64,000 bases of DNA. Origin: Spirochaetaceae bacterium. Lineage in GTDB: Bacteria; Spirochaetota; Spirochaetia; DSM-2461. A program made the position numbers and the translations under genes. The DNA lies in assembly GCA_051531975.1 (NCBI GenBank), contig JAOPTT010000016.1, positions 88,927-152,926 on the forward strand, in the 5' to 3' direction. The notes under the pieces were generated by a model, which was not told where the DNA came from, did not search any database, and saw nothing but the letters and a program-made list of their open reading frames with translations. Shown here one piece after another: positions 1 to 9,224 of the stretch (position 1 is its first letter; each line of letters opens with the position of its first letter).

Positions 1-33
1 AAACATTTTCTCGTCGAAAAGTTTGTTATAAAT

Positions 34-62
34 AAAAAACCCACTTTTCAGTGGGCTTTTTT
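34..62 (-). terminator. Intrinsic terminator downstream of glutamine synthetase III
   Basis: Minus strand reads GCCCACT-GAAA-AGTGGGT followed by a T run, about 15 nt after the stop codon; a T run on the plus strand too, so possibly bidirectional. Confidence 0.85.
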
Positions 63-77
63 GGGTTCTAAGTATAA

Positions 78-2189
78 CTACAGTCTAAATAATAGATCTT
101 CATATGATGGGAAAGGCCACATATCTTTGTCTGTAATAGTTTCTAGTTTATCAGCATGAGATCTAACGATATCCATTGCTGGAAGTACTTCGTTTGCATA
201 ACATGTTGCTTGAGCAAATAGGTCTTCTTCTAAAGTTTCAGCTTTAGCATGAATAGCATCTAAAGATTCAACACTATTCATTAGTCCAGATAATTCTTCG
301 CTTAATGTAGCAATCAATTTTTCTTGACCAGTTGTATTTGCGTTAGCTAATACAGCTTTTAACTCCATAACTGAGTTTGTTAATGTAGATAAATACTCAA
401 TAACTGCAGGAACAATAGATCTTGTAGCCATTTCTGATGTTATATTTGCTTCGATGTTAATCTGTTGTGAATATTGCTCTAAATAGATAGCTTTTCTGGC
501 TTCTAGTTCAGGTTTAGTAAAAACGTTGTGCTTCTTAAATAACTCTACAGAGTAGTCTTTAGTTAATTCAGGTAATGAATCAACAGTAGTTCTTAAGTTA
601 GCTAAACCTCGTTTTTCAGCTTCAGGTAACCACTCTGCACCATAACCATTACCATCAAATATAACTCTACCATGGTTTTTGTAACAGTCAGCAACAATAG
701 CTGTAACTTCAGTGTTAACATCAGATGCTTTCTCTAATCGAGCAGAATATTTAGTTAATATCTCTGCAACAGTTGTATTTAAAATAACGTTTGGTCCAGC
801 AATAGATTGACTTGAAGCAACCATTCTAAACTCAAACTTGTTAATAGTAAAAGCAAAAGGAGATGTTCTATTTCTATCAGTTGCATCTTTTGGAAGGTCT
901 GGAAGAGCACTAACACCCATTTCAAACTTTTCACCTTTAGTATTCTGAATAACTTCACCTTTAGAAATCTTTTCCAGTACTTCAGTTAATTCTTTACCTA
1001 AGTAGATTGAGATTACAGCTGGAGGAGCTTCGTGTCCACCTAGTCTATGGTCATTCCCAGCATTTGCAGCACTCATTCTAAGTAGTGGTGCATATACATC
1101 TACAGCTTCAATAATTGCAGCTAAAAACAGCATAAACTGAGTGTTTTCTTGTGGGTTTGTTCCAGGGGAAAGCAAGTTTACGCCTTCATCAGTAGCTAAT
1201 GACCAGTTATTATGTTTACCTGAACCGTTAACACCTGCAAATGGTTTTTCATGCATTAATGCAACCATGTTATGTCTCATTGCAATTTTTTTCATAGCTT
1301 CCATTGTTAATTGGTTTCTATCTGTTGCAACATTTGCACTATCATAAATTGGAGCTAACTCAAACTGGTTTGGAGCAACTTCGTTATGTTGTGTTTTAGC
1401 ACTAATACCAAGTCTCCATAACTCATGGTTTAAATCTCTCATGAAATCAGCAACTCTATCTTTAATAACACCAAAGTAGTGGTCTGATAACTCTTGACCT
1501 TTAGCAGGCATTGCACCAAATACTGTTCTACCAGTTAATAATAAGTCAGGTCTTTTTTCAAAATATTCTTTATCAACTAAGAAGTATTCTTGCTCAGGAC
1601 CAACTGATGCAGTTACTTTCTTTGCTGTATTGTTTCCTAATAAATTTAAAACCTTTAAAGAAGCAGTATTGATCGCTTCCATTGATTTTAATAGAGGAAC
1701 TTTTTTATCTAAAGCTTCACCTGTATAAGAAAAGAAGGCAGTAGGAATACATAATGTAATACCTGTATTGTCCTCTTTTAAGAAAGCTGGAGATGAAACA
1801 TCCCATGCAGTATAACCTCTAGCTTCATATGTATCTCTTAAGCCACCATTTGGAAAAGAAGATGCATCTGGCTCACCTTTTATAAGTTCACTACCAGAGA
1901 ATTCCATAACTAATGAACCGTCAATACTTGGATCAATGAACGAATCATGCTTCTCTGCAGTTAACCCTGTTAATGGCTGGAACCAGTGAGTAAAGTGAGT
2001 AGCACCTTTAGATATTGCCCAGTCTTTCATAGCTGCTGCAACAACATCTGCTGTCTCTTTACTTAATTCTAATTCACCATTTTCAATTCTTAACATCTCT
2101 TTGTAGATTGTCTTAGGCAATTTATATTTCATTACTTTGTCACTAAAACAGTTTGATCCGTAGATCTCTTCAACATTTACATTACTCAT
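78..2189 (-). CDS. glnN: Glutamine synthetase type III
   Basis: About 700 aa; GSIII motifs THFTHWFQPLTG, GEPDASSFPNGG, GPEQEYF, HEKPFAGVNGSGKHNNWS, DRNRTSPFAF. Start moved to ATG 2189, which follows a GGAG RBS. Confidence 0.95.
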   Translation of the reverse strand: MSNVNVEEIYGSNCFSDKVMKYKLPKTIYKEMLRIENGELELSKETADVVAAAMKDWAISKGATHFTHWFQPLTGLTAEKHDSFIDPSIDGSLVMEFSGSELIKGEPDASSFPNGGLRDTYEARGYTAWDVSSPAFLKEDNTGITLCIPTAFFSYTGEALDKKVPLLKSMEAINTASLKVLNLLGNNTAKKVTASVGPEQEYFLVDKEYFEKRPDLLLTGRTVFGAMPAKGQELSDHYFGVIKDRVADFMRDLNHELWRLGISAKTQHNEVAPNQFELAPIYDSANVATDRNQLTMEAMKKIAMRHNMVALMHEKPFAGVNGSGKHNNWSLATDEGVNLLSPGTNPQENTQFMLFLAAIIEAVDVYAPLLRMSAANAGNDHRLGGHEAPPAVISIYLGKELTEVLEKISKGEVIQNTKGEKFEMGVSALPDLPKDATDRNRTSPFAFTINKFEFRMVASSQSIAGPNVILNTTVAEILTKYSARLEKASDVNTEVTAIVADCYKNHGRVIFDGNGYGAEWLPEAEKRGLANLRTTVDSLPELTKDYSVELFKKHNVFTKPELEARKAIYLEQYSQQINIEANITSEMATRSIVPAVIEYLSTLTNSVMELKAVLANANTTGQEKLIATLSEELSGLMNSVESLDAIHAKAETLEEDLFAQATCYANEVLPAMDIVRSHADKLETITDKDMWPFPSYEDLLFRL

Positions 2190-2217
2190 ATTTACTCCCA
2201 AAAAATTATTTCATATT

Positions 2218-3441
2218 TTAATAAAGATAAACCGGATGTGAATCCGGGTTTTTACCAAACATTGTTAAATCGTCCATTCGAGTTATCTTTTTACCATTTA
2301 ACATCGCAAAAAGGCATCTCTCAATACCTAATCCACCACCCATTGTAGATGGGAACTGTGCCTTACCATTTTTATCCTTTGCATTTGCAGCAGCAAGGAA
2401 AGGGCCATAACCCTCTAGTTCTTCAATATTCTCAATTTGACCTTCGTCAAAAATTGGTTCAGATTTTATTATCTTGTTGTCAATTAACCTTTTAATAATA
2501 GGTTCGTATAACCACTCTCTGATTGCACCTGACATAACTTCGTATGCATCACCAAATGTTCCATCGGCCTGTATACTTTGAGCACAAAGATCATAGTTAA
2601 AAATATTCTCAGATTTAAACTCTTTAATAGCTTTTCTTGATCCATCTTTGTTAATATAAGGATAGATTAGGTCATAATTTTCTCTCATTAAACCTGTAAT
2701 CCAGAAGAAAGGTGATTTTGCAACTTTTGCAACACTAGCTTCCATATTTTTTTTACCATATTTTTCTGCTACTTCATCTTTTGTATAACGTGGAAATGGT
2801 TTAGTTGGTATTTCCATTTTTACACCTAAATATTCTAGGTTTTCAGCGTTGTTTTCCTTAATAGTTGTTACAGCTGCTATCATCATATCTTCAAAAAAAT
2901 CTATAGCACCGTTCATATCTTCTGTGCTTTTTCTAAAAACTTCATCATGATTATTTAAATAGTCATCATAGGTTATATAAGAATCTCTTCTCCACTCTAT
3001 ATCCATCTGTGAAAAGTCTATTAAATACTTTTTTCTTTTTTCTCCATTTGGTGATTCTAACTCAAGTCTTATGTTTGGTGAGTCAATAAAGATACCTTTC
3101 ATTTTTGGATTAAAACAAGCCAAAAATTTAGAATAGATCATAGAGTGTGTAGTTCTATACGGTATACCTTTATAACTAATTGTAGGTGAATGTTCAATAT
3201 CATGTGCTAATGGATCAGTAACTGGACTCATAGAGACACGTTCAAGATTAAATAAGCCTTTTTTTGTAAGGTAATTTTGCATTGAGTTAACAAGAGACGT
3301 TCTAATCGCCATTGCGTGATAAATAGTATCTCCTGTCCATTTATTAACATAAGTATCTTTAATAAATCCTTCAAGTGAATCTCCACCCTGTCCAAGCATT
3401 GCTTGAAAACCGTGTAATCCTTCTCCTATTTCTCTTTCCAT
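2218..3441 (-). CDS. Ammonia-dependent asparagine synthetase of the archaeal AsnRS-paralogue type (class IIb aaRS catalytic core without anticodon domain)
   Basis: SPVTDPL, THSM, SPNIRLE, DFSQMDIE, NYDL, EVMSGAIRE and GGGLGIER motifs; no N-terminal OB-fold; AAGGAG RBS; lies directly upstream of GSIII. Confidence 0.75.
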   Translation of the reverse strand: MEREIGEGLHGFQAMLGQGGDSLEGFIKDTYVNKWTGDTIYHAMAIRTSLVNSMQNYLTKKGLFNLERVSMSPVTDPLAHDIEHSPTISYKGIPYRTTHSMIYSKFLACFNPKMKGIFIDSPNIRLELESPNGEKRKKYLIDFSQMDIEWRRDSYITYDDYLNNHDEVFRKSTEDMNGAIDFFEDMMIAAVTTIKENNAENLEYLGVKMEIPTKPFPRYTKDEVAEKYGKKNMEASVAKVAKSPFFWITGLMRENYDLIYPYINKDGSRKAIKEFKSENIFNYDLCAQSIQADGTFGDAYEVMSGAIREWLYEPIIKRLIDNKIIKSEPIFDEGQIENIEELEGYGPFLAAANAKDKNGKAQFPSTMGGGLGIERCLFAMLNGKKITRMDDLTMFGKNPDSHPVYLY

Positions 3442-3466
3442 GTTACAGTCTCCTTAATTATATATA

Positions 3467-3483
3467 AGCATTTTATGTGCCAA
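3467..3483 (-). promoter_or_regulatory. Sigma54 (-24/-12) promoter of the Asn synthetase-GSIII operon
   Basis: Minus strand TTGGCACATAAAATGCT gives GG-N10-GC, about 25 nt upstream of the start codon. Confidence 0.8.
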
Positions 3484-3615
3484 TTTATTATTTAAAAGTA
3501 AAAAAAATACATTCAATCTATGTAATTCATTTCCTGGTATGAACTTATGGGAATATAATGAATTCGTATTATATATGTTCAATAAATTGCCCGTGAAATA
3601 AATCACTACTTTAAC

Positions 3616-3718
3616 TACATATATGTAGTATTATGACATATAACATACAAAAATGTAAGAACTGAGTAAATACTTATCGTTTAAAGTAAATATATGAAAT
3701 ATATCTTACATAATTGTA
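3616..3718. promoter_or_regulatory. Putative enhancer sites TACA-N4-TGTA (three copies)
   Basis: TACATATATGTA 3616-3627, TACAAAAATGTA 3646-3657, TACATAATTGTA 3707-3718. Confidence 0.7.
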
Positions 3719-3727
3719 GGTTTGTAT

Positions 3728-5281
3728 CTATCTAGTCACATAATGTGAATCTTGCAGATTATATTTAGAAACTCTTGTTCCAATCTGACGTTCAGTTATA
3801 CCTAAACTTCTTGCAGCTGCAGCCCTGTTCCCTTTTGTATTTTTTAAAGTTTCTATTAACATATCTTTTTCAAGAGCTTCTACAGCCTCTTTTAAAGTTG
3901 ATGTGTTTTTTGTATTTGAAGAATCAGCTGACTGTAAACTTGGAGGTAGATGATATCCATGTATTACTTGATCTGAACTTAAAAGTACAGCTCTTTCAAT
4001 ACTGTTTTCAAGTTCTCTTACGTTTCCAGGCCAATGATAAGATGTAAATAGTTCAATGGCTCCGGAAGAGATTCTTTTAACAGTTTTGTTATTTTTTTTA
4101 TTATATTTCTCAATGAAATGGTCACATAAAGATATAATATCAGTTCTTCTCTCTCTTATTGGTGGAATTATGATTGGGAATACATTTAATCTATAATAAA
4201 GGTCTTCTCTAAATATTCCATTTTCTATCTCGACTTCTAAATTCCTATTTGTTGCAGTAATTATTCGTACATCAACTTTAACCAAATTGGATCCACCAAC
4301 TCTTTCTATTTCACGCTCTTGTAATACTCGTAAAAGTTTTACTTGAATCATTGGAGATAGTTCCCCAATTTCATCTAAAAAGATAGTTCCACCATCAGCT
4401 AATTCAAAACGGCCTTTTCTGCTAGAAAGTGCACCTGTAAATGCACCCTTTTCATGGCCAAAAAGTTCACTTTCAATAAGGTTTTCAGGTAGGGCCGCAC
4501 AATTGACTTTAATAAAAGGTTTGGATGCTCTTAATGAGTTATAATGTATTGCATGAGCTACAAGCTCTTTACCTGTACCACTTTCTCCTCGGATCAAAAC
4601 TGTAGCTTCTGATTTTGAAACTTGATTAATAAGAGTGAATACATCTTGCATCGCCTGGGATGACCCGATCATGTTAGTTGGCCGGTAGGATGCTTGTAAC
4701 TCTTTTTGAAGTCGACTGTTTTCTTCCCGGAGGCGTTGATTTTTTTCTATTATACTCTGTCTTAAATGTACATATTTAGCGATCATTGAACATATAATTG
4801 CTAATAATTTCAGATCTTCATCGATATCTTCAATGTTTAGGTAAACTTTATCCATACTAAATGCACCAATTGTTTCGCTTCCATGAACAACTGGAACACA
4901 AATGAAAGAGACTCGACTACTACCTCTTGCTCTTTTTTGTCTAGTTTTATCTAAAAATTCTGGAGATTCTTTTATATCTTTAACAACTATAGGGTTTCCT
5001 GATTGAATTACAGCACCTGTGATACCTTCGCCTGGTTTATATGTTGTCCTTTTTTGCTGATTTTCAGTTAAGTGAACAGATGTTTCTATTGTTATTTCGT
5101 TAGTTTCTCTATTTAAAAGTGCTAAGGTACCGTGTCTCATACCTAGTCTATCTGATAATTTTTCTAAAATTGGTGTAATTATTTCATGTAACTCACGGCT
5201 TTCATCTAAAGTTTGGCTTATTTCAAAAAGCAGGGTTAATTCGTCAATTTTTTGTCTATAGTGGTGAGATTTTGTTGGCAT
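3728..5281 (-). CDS. NifA-like sigma54-dependent transcriptional activator (GAF-AAA+-Fis HTH)
   Basis: N-terminal GAF, Walker [41 protein letters not shown]-terminal HTH. Start uncertain: ATG 5281 (leaderless) or ATG 5350 (AGGAG RBS). Confidence 0.92.
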   Translation of the reverse strand: MPTKSHHYRQKIDELTLLFEISQTLDESRELHEIITPILEKLSDRLGMRHGTLALLNRETNEITIETSVHLTENQQKRTTYKPGEGITGAVIQSGNPIVVKDIKESPEFLDKTRQKRARGSSRVSFICVPVVHGSETIGAFSMDKVYLNIEDIDEDLKLLAIICSMIAKYVHLRQSIIEKNQRLREENSRLQKELQASYRPTNMIGSSQAMQDVFTLINQVSKSEATVLIRGESGTGKELVAHAIHYNSLRASKPFIKVNCAALPENLIESELFGHEKGAFTGALSSRKGRFELADGGTIFLDEIGELSPMIQVKLLRVLQEREIERVGGSNLVKVDVRIITATNRNLEVEIENGIFREDLYYRLNVFPIIIPPIRERRTDIISLCDHFIEKYNKKNNKTVKRISSGAIELFTSYHWPGNVRELENSIERAVLLSSDQVIHGYHLPPSLQSADSSNTKNTSTLKEAVEALEKDMLIETLKNTKGNRAAAARSLGITERQIGTRVSKYNLQDSHYVTR

Positions 5282-5288
5282 AGTCGTT

Positions 5289-5317
5289 ATTATGTGATTT
5301 TGCGGAAATAATTTCAA
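5289..5317 (-). promoter_or_regulatory. Sigma70-type promoter for the NifA-like gene
   Basis: Minus strand TTGAAA-17 nt-CATAAT, then 7 nt to ATG 5281. Confidence 0.55.
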
Positions 5318-5362
5318 TATCAATGAATTGATCGGTAATGTTTGTTGCATGTTTTCTCTCCT

Positions 5363-5396
5363 AAAAAAGCTATCCCTACACAAAAGTAGGGATAGC
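5363..5396 (-). terminator. Intrinsic terminator after amtB-glnK
   Basis: Perfect 11-bp stem GCTATCCCTAC/GTAGGGATAGC, 6-nt loop, followed by six T on the minus strand. Confidence 0.85.
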
Positions 5397-5438
5397 AAAA
5401 ATACGTTTTATTTATATTCTTTTTTAAATTATGATTTA

Positions 5439-5780
5439 TTAACCAATAGCGTCAGTACCTTCCTCGCCACTTCTAATTCTTATAGTTTTTTCAATTGGTA
5501 AGACAAATATTTTTCCATCACCAATTGCCCCTGTTCTAGCACCTCTAACAATTGCTGCAGTTGTTTTTTCTACAAAATCGTCATTTACTGCTATTTCAAT
5601 TCTCATTTTGTCTAATAGATTTACTTCAGTTTCAACACCTCTGTAAGACTCAACAAAACCTTTTTGTTGTCCACAACCTTTTGAAGTAGTTATGGATATT
5701 TTATGAATATCATCTTTAAATAACTCTTGTTTAACTTCGTTTAACTTATACGGTTGTATATATGCAATTATCAATTTCAT
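5439..5780 (-). CDS. glnK: P-II nitrogen regulatory protein
   Basis: 113 aa; GxGxQKG, YRG T-loop, TGAIGDGKIFV, RIRSGEEG; linked to amtB. Confidence 0.95.
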   Translation of the reverse strand: MKLIIAYIQPYKLNEVKQELFKDDIHKISITTSKGCGQQKGFVESYRGVETEVNLLDKMRIEIAVNDDFVEKTTAAIVRGARTGAIGDGKIFVLPIEKTIRIRSGEEGTDAIG

Positions 5781-5795
5781 CTTTTAGCTCCCTTT

Positions 5796-7109
5796 TTATA
5801 CGTTGTGGAATATCTGGAATCCAGGGTACGACTCAGTACCATGCTCTTCCATATCTAATCCTCTGATCTCTTCTTCTGGTTTAACCCTAAGACCCATTGT
5901 TAATTTAATAATTAAAAATAGTGCCCCAGCTGTTAATGTTACCCATAGAAATGCTATTACTACACCAAGTGCTTGTACACCTAATAGGTTCCAACCTCCA
6001 CCATAAAATAGTCCAACTAAACCGTCTTCTGGTCTATTTGCAAACAGACCTACTGCTATTGTTCCAAATGCTCCACATACACCGTGTACTGATATTGCTC
6101 CAACTGGATCATCGATGTGTAATACTTTGTCAAAAAAGTTAACTGAAAATACTACTATGATACCTGCAAGTAAACCAATTATTATTGCAGCACCTGGAGT
6201 AACTGCATATGTACCTGCTGTTATACCAACAAGTCCTGCTAGTGCCCCATTTAATGACATTGATACATCTGGTTTACCCATTGTTATCCACATAGTAAAC
6301 ATTGCCGCAATTGCTCCAGCAGAAGCTGCTAAAGTTGTTGTAATTGCAATGTGTGCAATCGAAGTATCTGTTCCAGATAAAGTTGAACCACAGTTAAAAC
6401 CGAACCAACCAAACCATAATATAAATACACCTAAAGCTGCTAATGGCAAGTTTGAACCAGGAATTGATTTAACCTGTATCTTTCCATCTTTCTTAATATA
6501 CTTTCCAATTCTAGGTCCTAATATAATCGCACCCATTAAGGCTGCCCATCCACCAATTGAGTGAACAATTGTAGAACCTGCAAAGTCATGAAATCCCATT
6601 TCTGCTAAAAATCCACCACCCCAAGTTAAACTACCAAAGAATGGGTAGATAAGACCTGAAATTACTACTGAATAGATTAAATAAGCGTTAAACTTAGTTC
6701 TTTCAGCCATTGCTCCAGAAACAATAGTTGCTGCTGTTGCTGCAAATACTACCTGGAATATCCAATCTCTTAATACTGTAGAGTCTTCGGATTGTAAAAA
6801 TGTATTGGATGCAAAACCACCGTATGATGTTCCATACATGATCGCCCAACCAACTGCCCAGAAGATTAGTGCTCCTCCGGCAAAATCCATTAAGTTTTTC
6901 ATAATGATGTTTCCAGCATTTTTAGGTCTTGTTAATCCGATCTCAACAAGTGCAAATCCAGCTTGCATAAAAAATACTAATGCTGCAGCTATAACTAGCC
7001 AAATCATGTCCATAGAAGATGTCAGAAGTTCAATTGATTCTGCATTATCTGCAAAAGCAGTTCCGCTCATCCCCAGCAATAAAAAAATTGGTAAAATAAT
7101 CTTTTTCAT
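5796..7109 (-). CDS. amtB: Ammonium transporter
   Basis: FFMQAGF, DFAGSTIVH, LWFGWFGFN, DDPVGAISVHG; signal peptide; GGAGG RBS. Confidence 0.96.
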   Translation of the reverse strand: MKKIILPIFLLLGMSGTAFADNAESIELLTSSMDMIWLVIAAALVFFMQAGFALVEIGLTRPKNAGNIIMKNLMDFAGGALIFWAVGWAIMYGTSYGGFASNTFLQSEDSTVLRDWIFQVVFAATAATIVSGAMAERTKFNAYLIYSVVISGLIYPFFGSLTWGGGFLAEMGFHDFAGSTIVHSIGGWAALMGAIILGPRIGKYIKKDGKIQVKSIPGSNLPLAALGVFILWFGWFGFNCGSTLSGTDTSIAHIAITTTLAASAGAIAAMFTMWITMGKPDVSMSLNGALAGLVGITAGTYAVTPGAAIIIGLLAGIIVVFSVNFFDKVLHIDDPVGAISVHGVCGAFGTIAVGLFANRPEDGLVGLFYGGGWNLLGVQALGVVIAFLWVTLTAGALFLIIKLTMGLRVKPEEEIRGLDMEEHGTESYPGFQIFHNV

Positions 7110-7135
7110 AAGATCCTCCGTTATATCTCTAGTAA

Positions 7136-7152
7136 AGCAAAGGACGTGCCAA
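7136..7152 (-). promoter_or_regulatory. Sigma54 (-24/-12) promoter of amtB-glnK
   Basis: Minus strand TTGGCACGTCCTTTGCT, a full match to TGGCACG-N4-TTGC. Confidence 0.9.
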
Positions 7153-7286
7153 AAAAATATTTATTACTAATTTGAGGTGATGATTAAGGACTTAACTCTT
7201 TGTATGGTATGAAGTTAAAATATATAATATTCTTTTTTTATGAAGTATGAGTATTGGATTTTAGATTTAAAGATGTTTGATAGGGT

Positions 7287-7328
7287 TACATTTATGTTGC
7301 TTGAAGGGCGTAGTATTACATTTTTGTA
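7287..7328. promoter_or_regulatory. Putative enhancer sites TACA-N4-TGT(A/T) (two copies)
   Basis: TACATTTATGTT 7287-7298 and TACATTTTTGTA 7317-7328. Confidence 0.65.
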
Positions 7329-7352
7329 TGGATTATTGGTAGGAAGGAAATG

Positions 7353-7396
7353 AGCTTGTAACGGTATCCGGACGTTTTTAACTACCGTTACAAGCT
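7353..7396. terminator. 14-bp perfect inverted repeat downstream of the Maf-like gene, possible terminator or stabiliser
   Basis: AGCTTGTAACGGTA-16 nt-TACCGTTACAAGCT; lacks a clean U tract. Confidence 0.5.
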
Positions 7397-7424
7397 ATAA
7401 ACTTATTTTCGGTAATAAAAATAG

Positions 7425-9224
7425 TTACTTAACCATAACTTTTATTTTATTAATAGATTGTTCTAAATATTTTATGTGCAGCCTGCTGGTGTATGCTACT
7501 TTTTTGTATAATTCCCTAGATACTATAAGGGCGTCCAGTGCTGTACTATTTTCTGATTCATTTATCTCATCAATAAATGGTTCAATAATAAATGAGAGTG
7601 TCTGACTCTGGTTCAGACCTATAATCTTATTATCTAAATTAGTTAAAATATTTAAATCGTTATTAACATCGATGCCTCTATGAAAGTTCTTCTCAATTTT
7701 ATGACACAGAGCTGTAGCTCTATTTGCTAATATTATTACCTTATCTAAACTTATTCTAAATTCTTCAGCAGCAGTTAATACCTCAGGTAAAAAGTGGTTC
7801 TCATCTCTATCTTTTAATACTTCTAAAACAGTACCTATAGAATCTGCACAATCAGGGTATTTTAGAAGTTCAGAAATATTTACATAATTCATTCCGGCAA
7901 TTTTACAACCGTTTGGTGATAAATTAAAACAGTTAGTTATACTGTTAAGAGCAATTTTTTCTTTAAACCAATCGATATAAATACCCATTCTTTTATCAGA
8001 AACTATTTGATACCCACTATTAGATGTAACAGTCGTTGGGTATCCATTATATATATAGGCTAAAGAGAGTGTTTCTAATGGTTTAGTTTTAGTAGAACAA
8101 GTTAACATATTCTTTTCGAAATAACTATTTTTATAATGTGTAATTCCACCAGGAAAGCCAAGGTCTTGTCCTATAAAGAATATTTTAGATAACCCTAGTT
8201 TTAATGAAAAGTCCCATATGTTTGTACTTACAGAGCCACCAGAAGCAATTTTAGGAAAGGGTTCTCTTTTACTTTCGAAATATTGACCTAAAGGGAAAGT
8301 AGATTTAACAAAATATACTCTATCTTTAAATTCTCTTAATGCTGATGGTTGTATTGATGAGTCTGCAATTAATATTGTTTTTTTAGTGTTAATACCCTCT
8401 AGATGCCTTGCGTTCCAATATTGGGAATCGATGCTCATTACAAAATCAGGTTCAATACCTTCTTCTAATAGGGACTTCAATGCGGTATCAACAGCTAAAA
8501 TTAGGAATTTATTTTGCAAGGTTTTTAAATGAGGTATTATTAACTCCATACTAGGCCCTGCTGAGATAATTATTCCAGGTATATTATTAAATTTATTAAA
8601 AACCCTAGAAATATCACCTTTATAACCCATTTTAGGAAGGTTTTTACTCTGATTTTTAACCCATAACTTTCCAAATTTTAGTAGAGTATTTCTATTTATT
8701 TTTAATCTAGCTAAGTAAATTCTAATGGATTCTTCTACTTTAGAAAACTGCTCCGAATCAATCTTAGTCCTATTAGGTAGAGGTATGTAGCTTATTGTTT
8801 TTATTAATCTTGGTATAAAAAAGTTTTTAATACTTTCTGGGTACTCTCCAACAATAAAATGGATATATGGGTTTAAAAACAGTTCTGTATAATCTCTAAC
8901 TTCTAAAGCTTTAAGAAAAAGTTCTTTAGATGGCTCAAATATTACAATTGTAGACTGTTTTTTTAGATTACATAGTTCTACAATTTGGTACCCAAGACCA
9001 AAACCACCAAAAATATAAAGATCTGAATCAGGTTGACTACTAGATATCTTCTTAGCTTCCCTAATAGGATCATATTTTGAATGTAAAAATAGTCCATTTA
9101 AAGTAGCTGTTAACTCACCACCTCTGGTTTCTACTATTTTTAGTTCTAGTGGTTTTGTTAAAATATCCCTAGTAAAACCGGGATACCTATGTAAAAGTAC
9201 TTCTAAATTTTTATCTAATATCAT
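7425..9224 (-). CDS. Motility-associated factor (Maf/DUF115, MptE-like) family protein, putative flagellin glycosyltransferase
   Basis: LHSKYDP, GFGLGY, IISAGPS, LAVDTAL, GIEPDF, GGSVS, FIGQDL motifs; ATGA overlap with the upstream PBP gene. Confidence 0.8.
   Translation of the reverse strand: MILDKNLEVLLHRYPGFTRDILTKPLELKIVETRGGELTATLNGLFLHSKYDPIREAKKISSSQPDSDLYIFGGFGLGYQIVELCNLKKQSTIVIFEPSKELFLKALEVRDYTELFLNPYIHFIVGEYPESIKNFFIPRLIKTISYIPLPNRTKIDSEQFSKVEESIRIYLARLKINRNTLLKFGKLWVKNQSKNLPKMGYKGDISRVFNKFNNIPGIIISAGPSMELIIPHLKTLQNKFLILAVDTALKSLLEEGIEPDFVMSIDSQYWNARHLEGINTKKTILIADSSIQPSALREFKDRVYFVKSTFPLGQYFESKREPFPKIASGGSVSTNIWDFSLKLGLSKIFFIGQDLGFPGGITHYKNSYFEKNMLTCSTKTKPLETLSLAYIYNGYPTTVTSNSGYQIVSDKRMGIYIDWFKEKIALNSITNCFNLSPNGCKIAGMNYVNISELLKYPDCADSIGTVLEVLKDRDENHFLPEVLTAAEEFRISLDKVIILANRATALCHKIEKNFHRGIDVNNDLNILTNLDNKIIGLNQSQTLSFIIEPFIDEINESENSTALDALIVSRELYKKVAYTSRLHIKYLEQSINKIKVMVK

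Noticed and set aside
3624..3638. Possible classical NifA site TGT-N10-ACA
   Set aside because: Spacing is N9 and there is no counterpart upstream of amtB; TACA-N4-TGTA explains both promoters.
3728..5398. Calling the activator nifA and the cluster a nitrogen-fixation locus
   Set aside because: No nitrogenase or cofactor-assembly genes are in the window; the visible targets are assimilation genes.
1141..7170. Plus-strand ORFs at 1141, 3775, 5803, 5921, 6115 and 6805
   Set aside because: Antisense shadows of well-supported glnN, activator and amtB genes, with no recognisable motifs.
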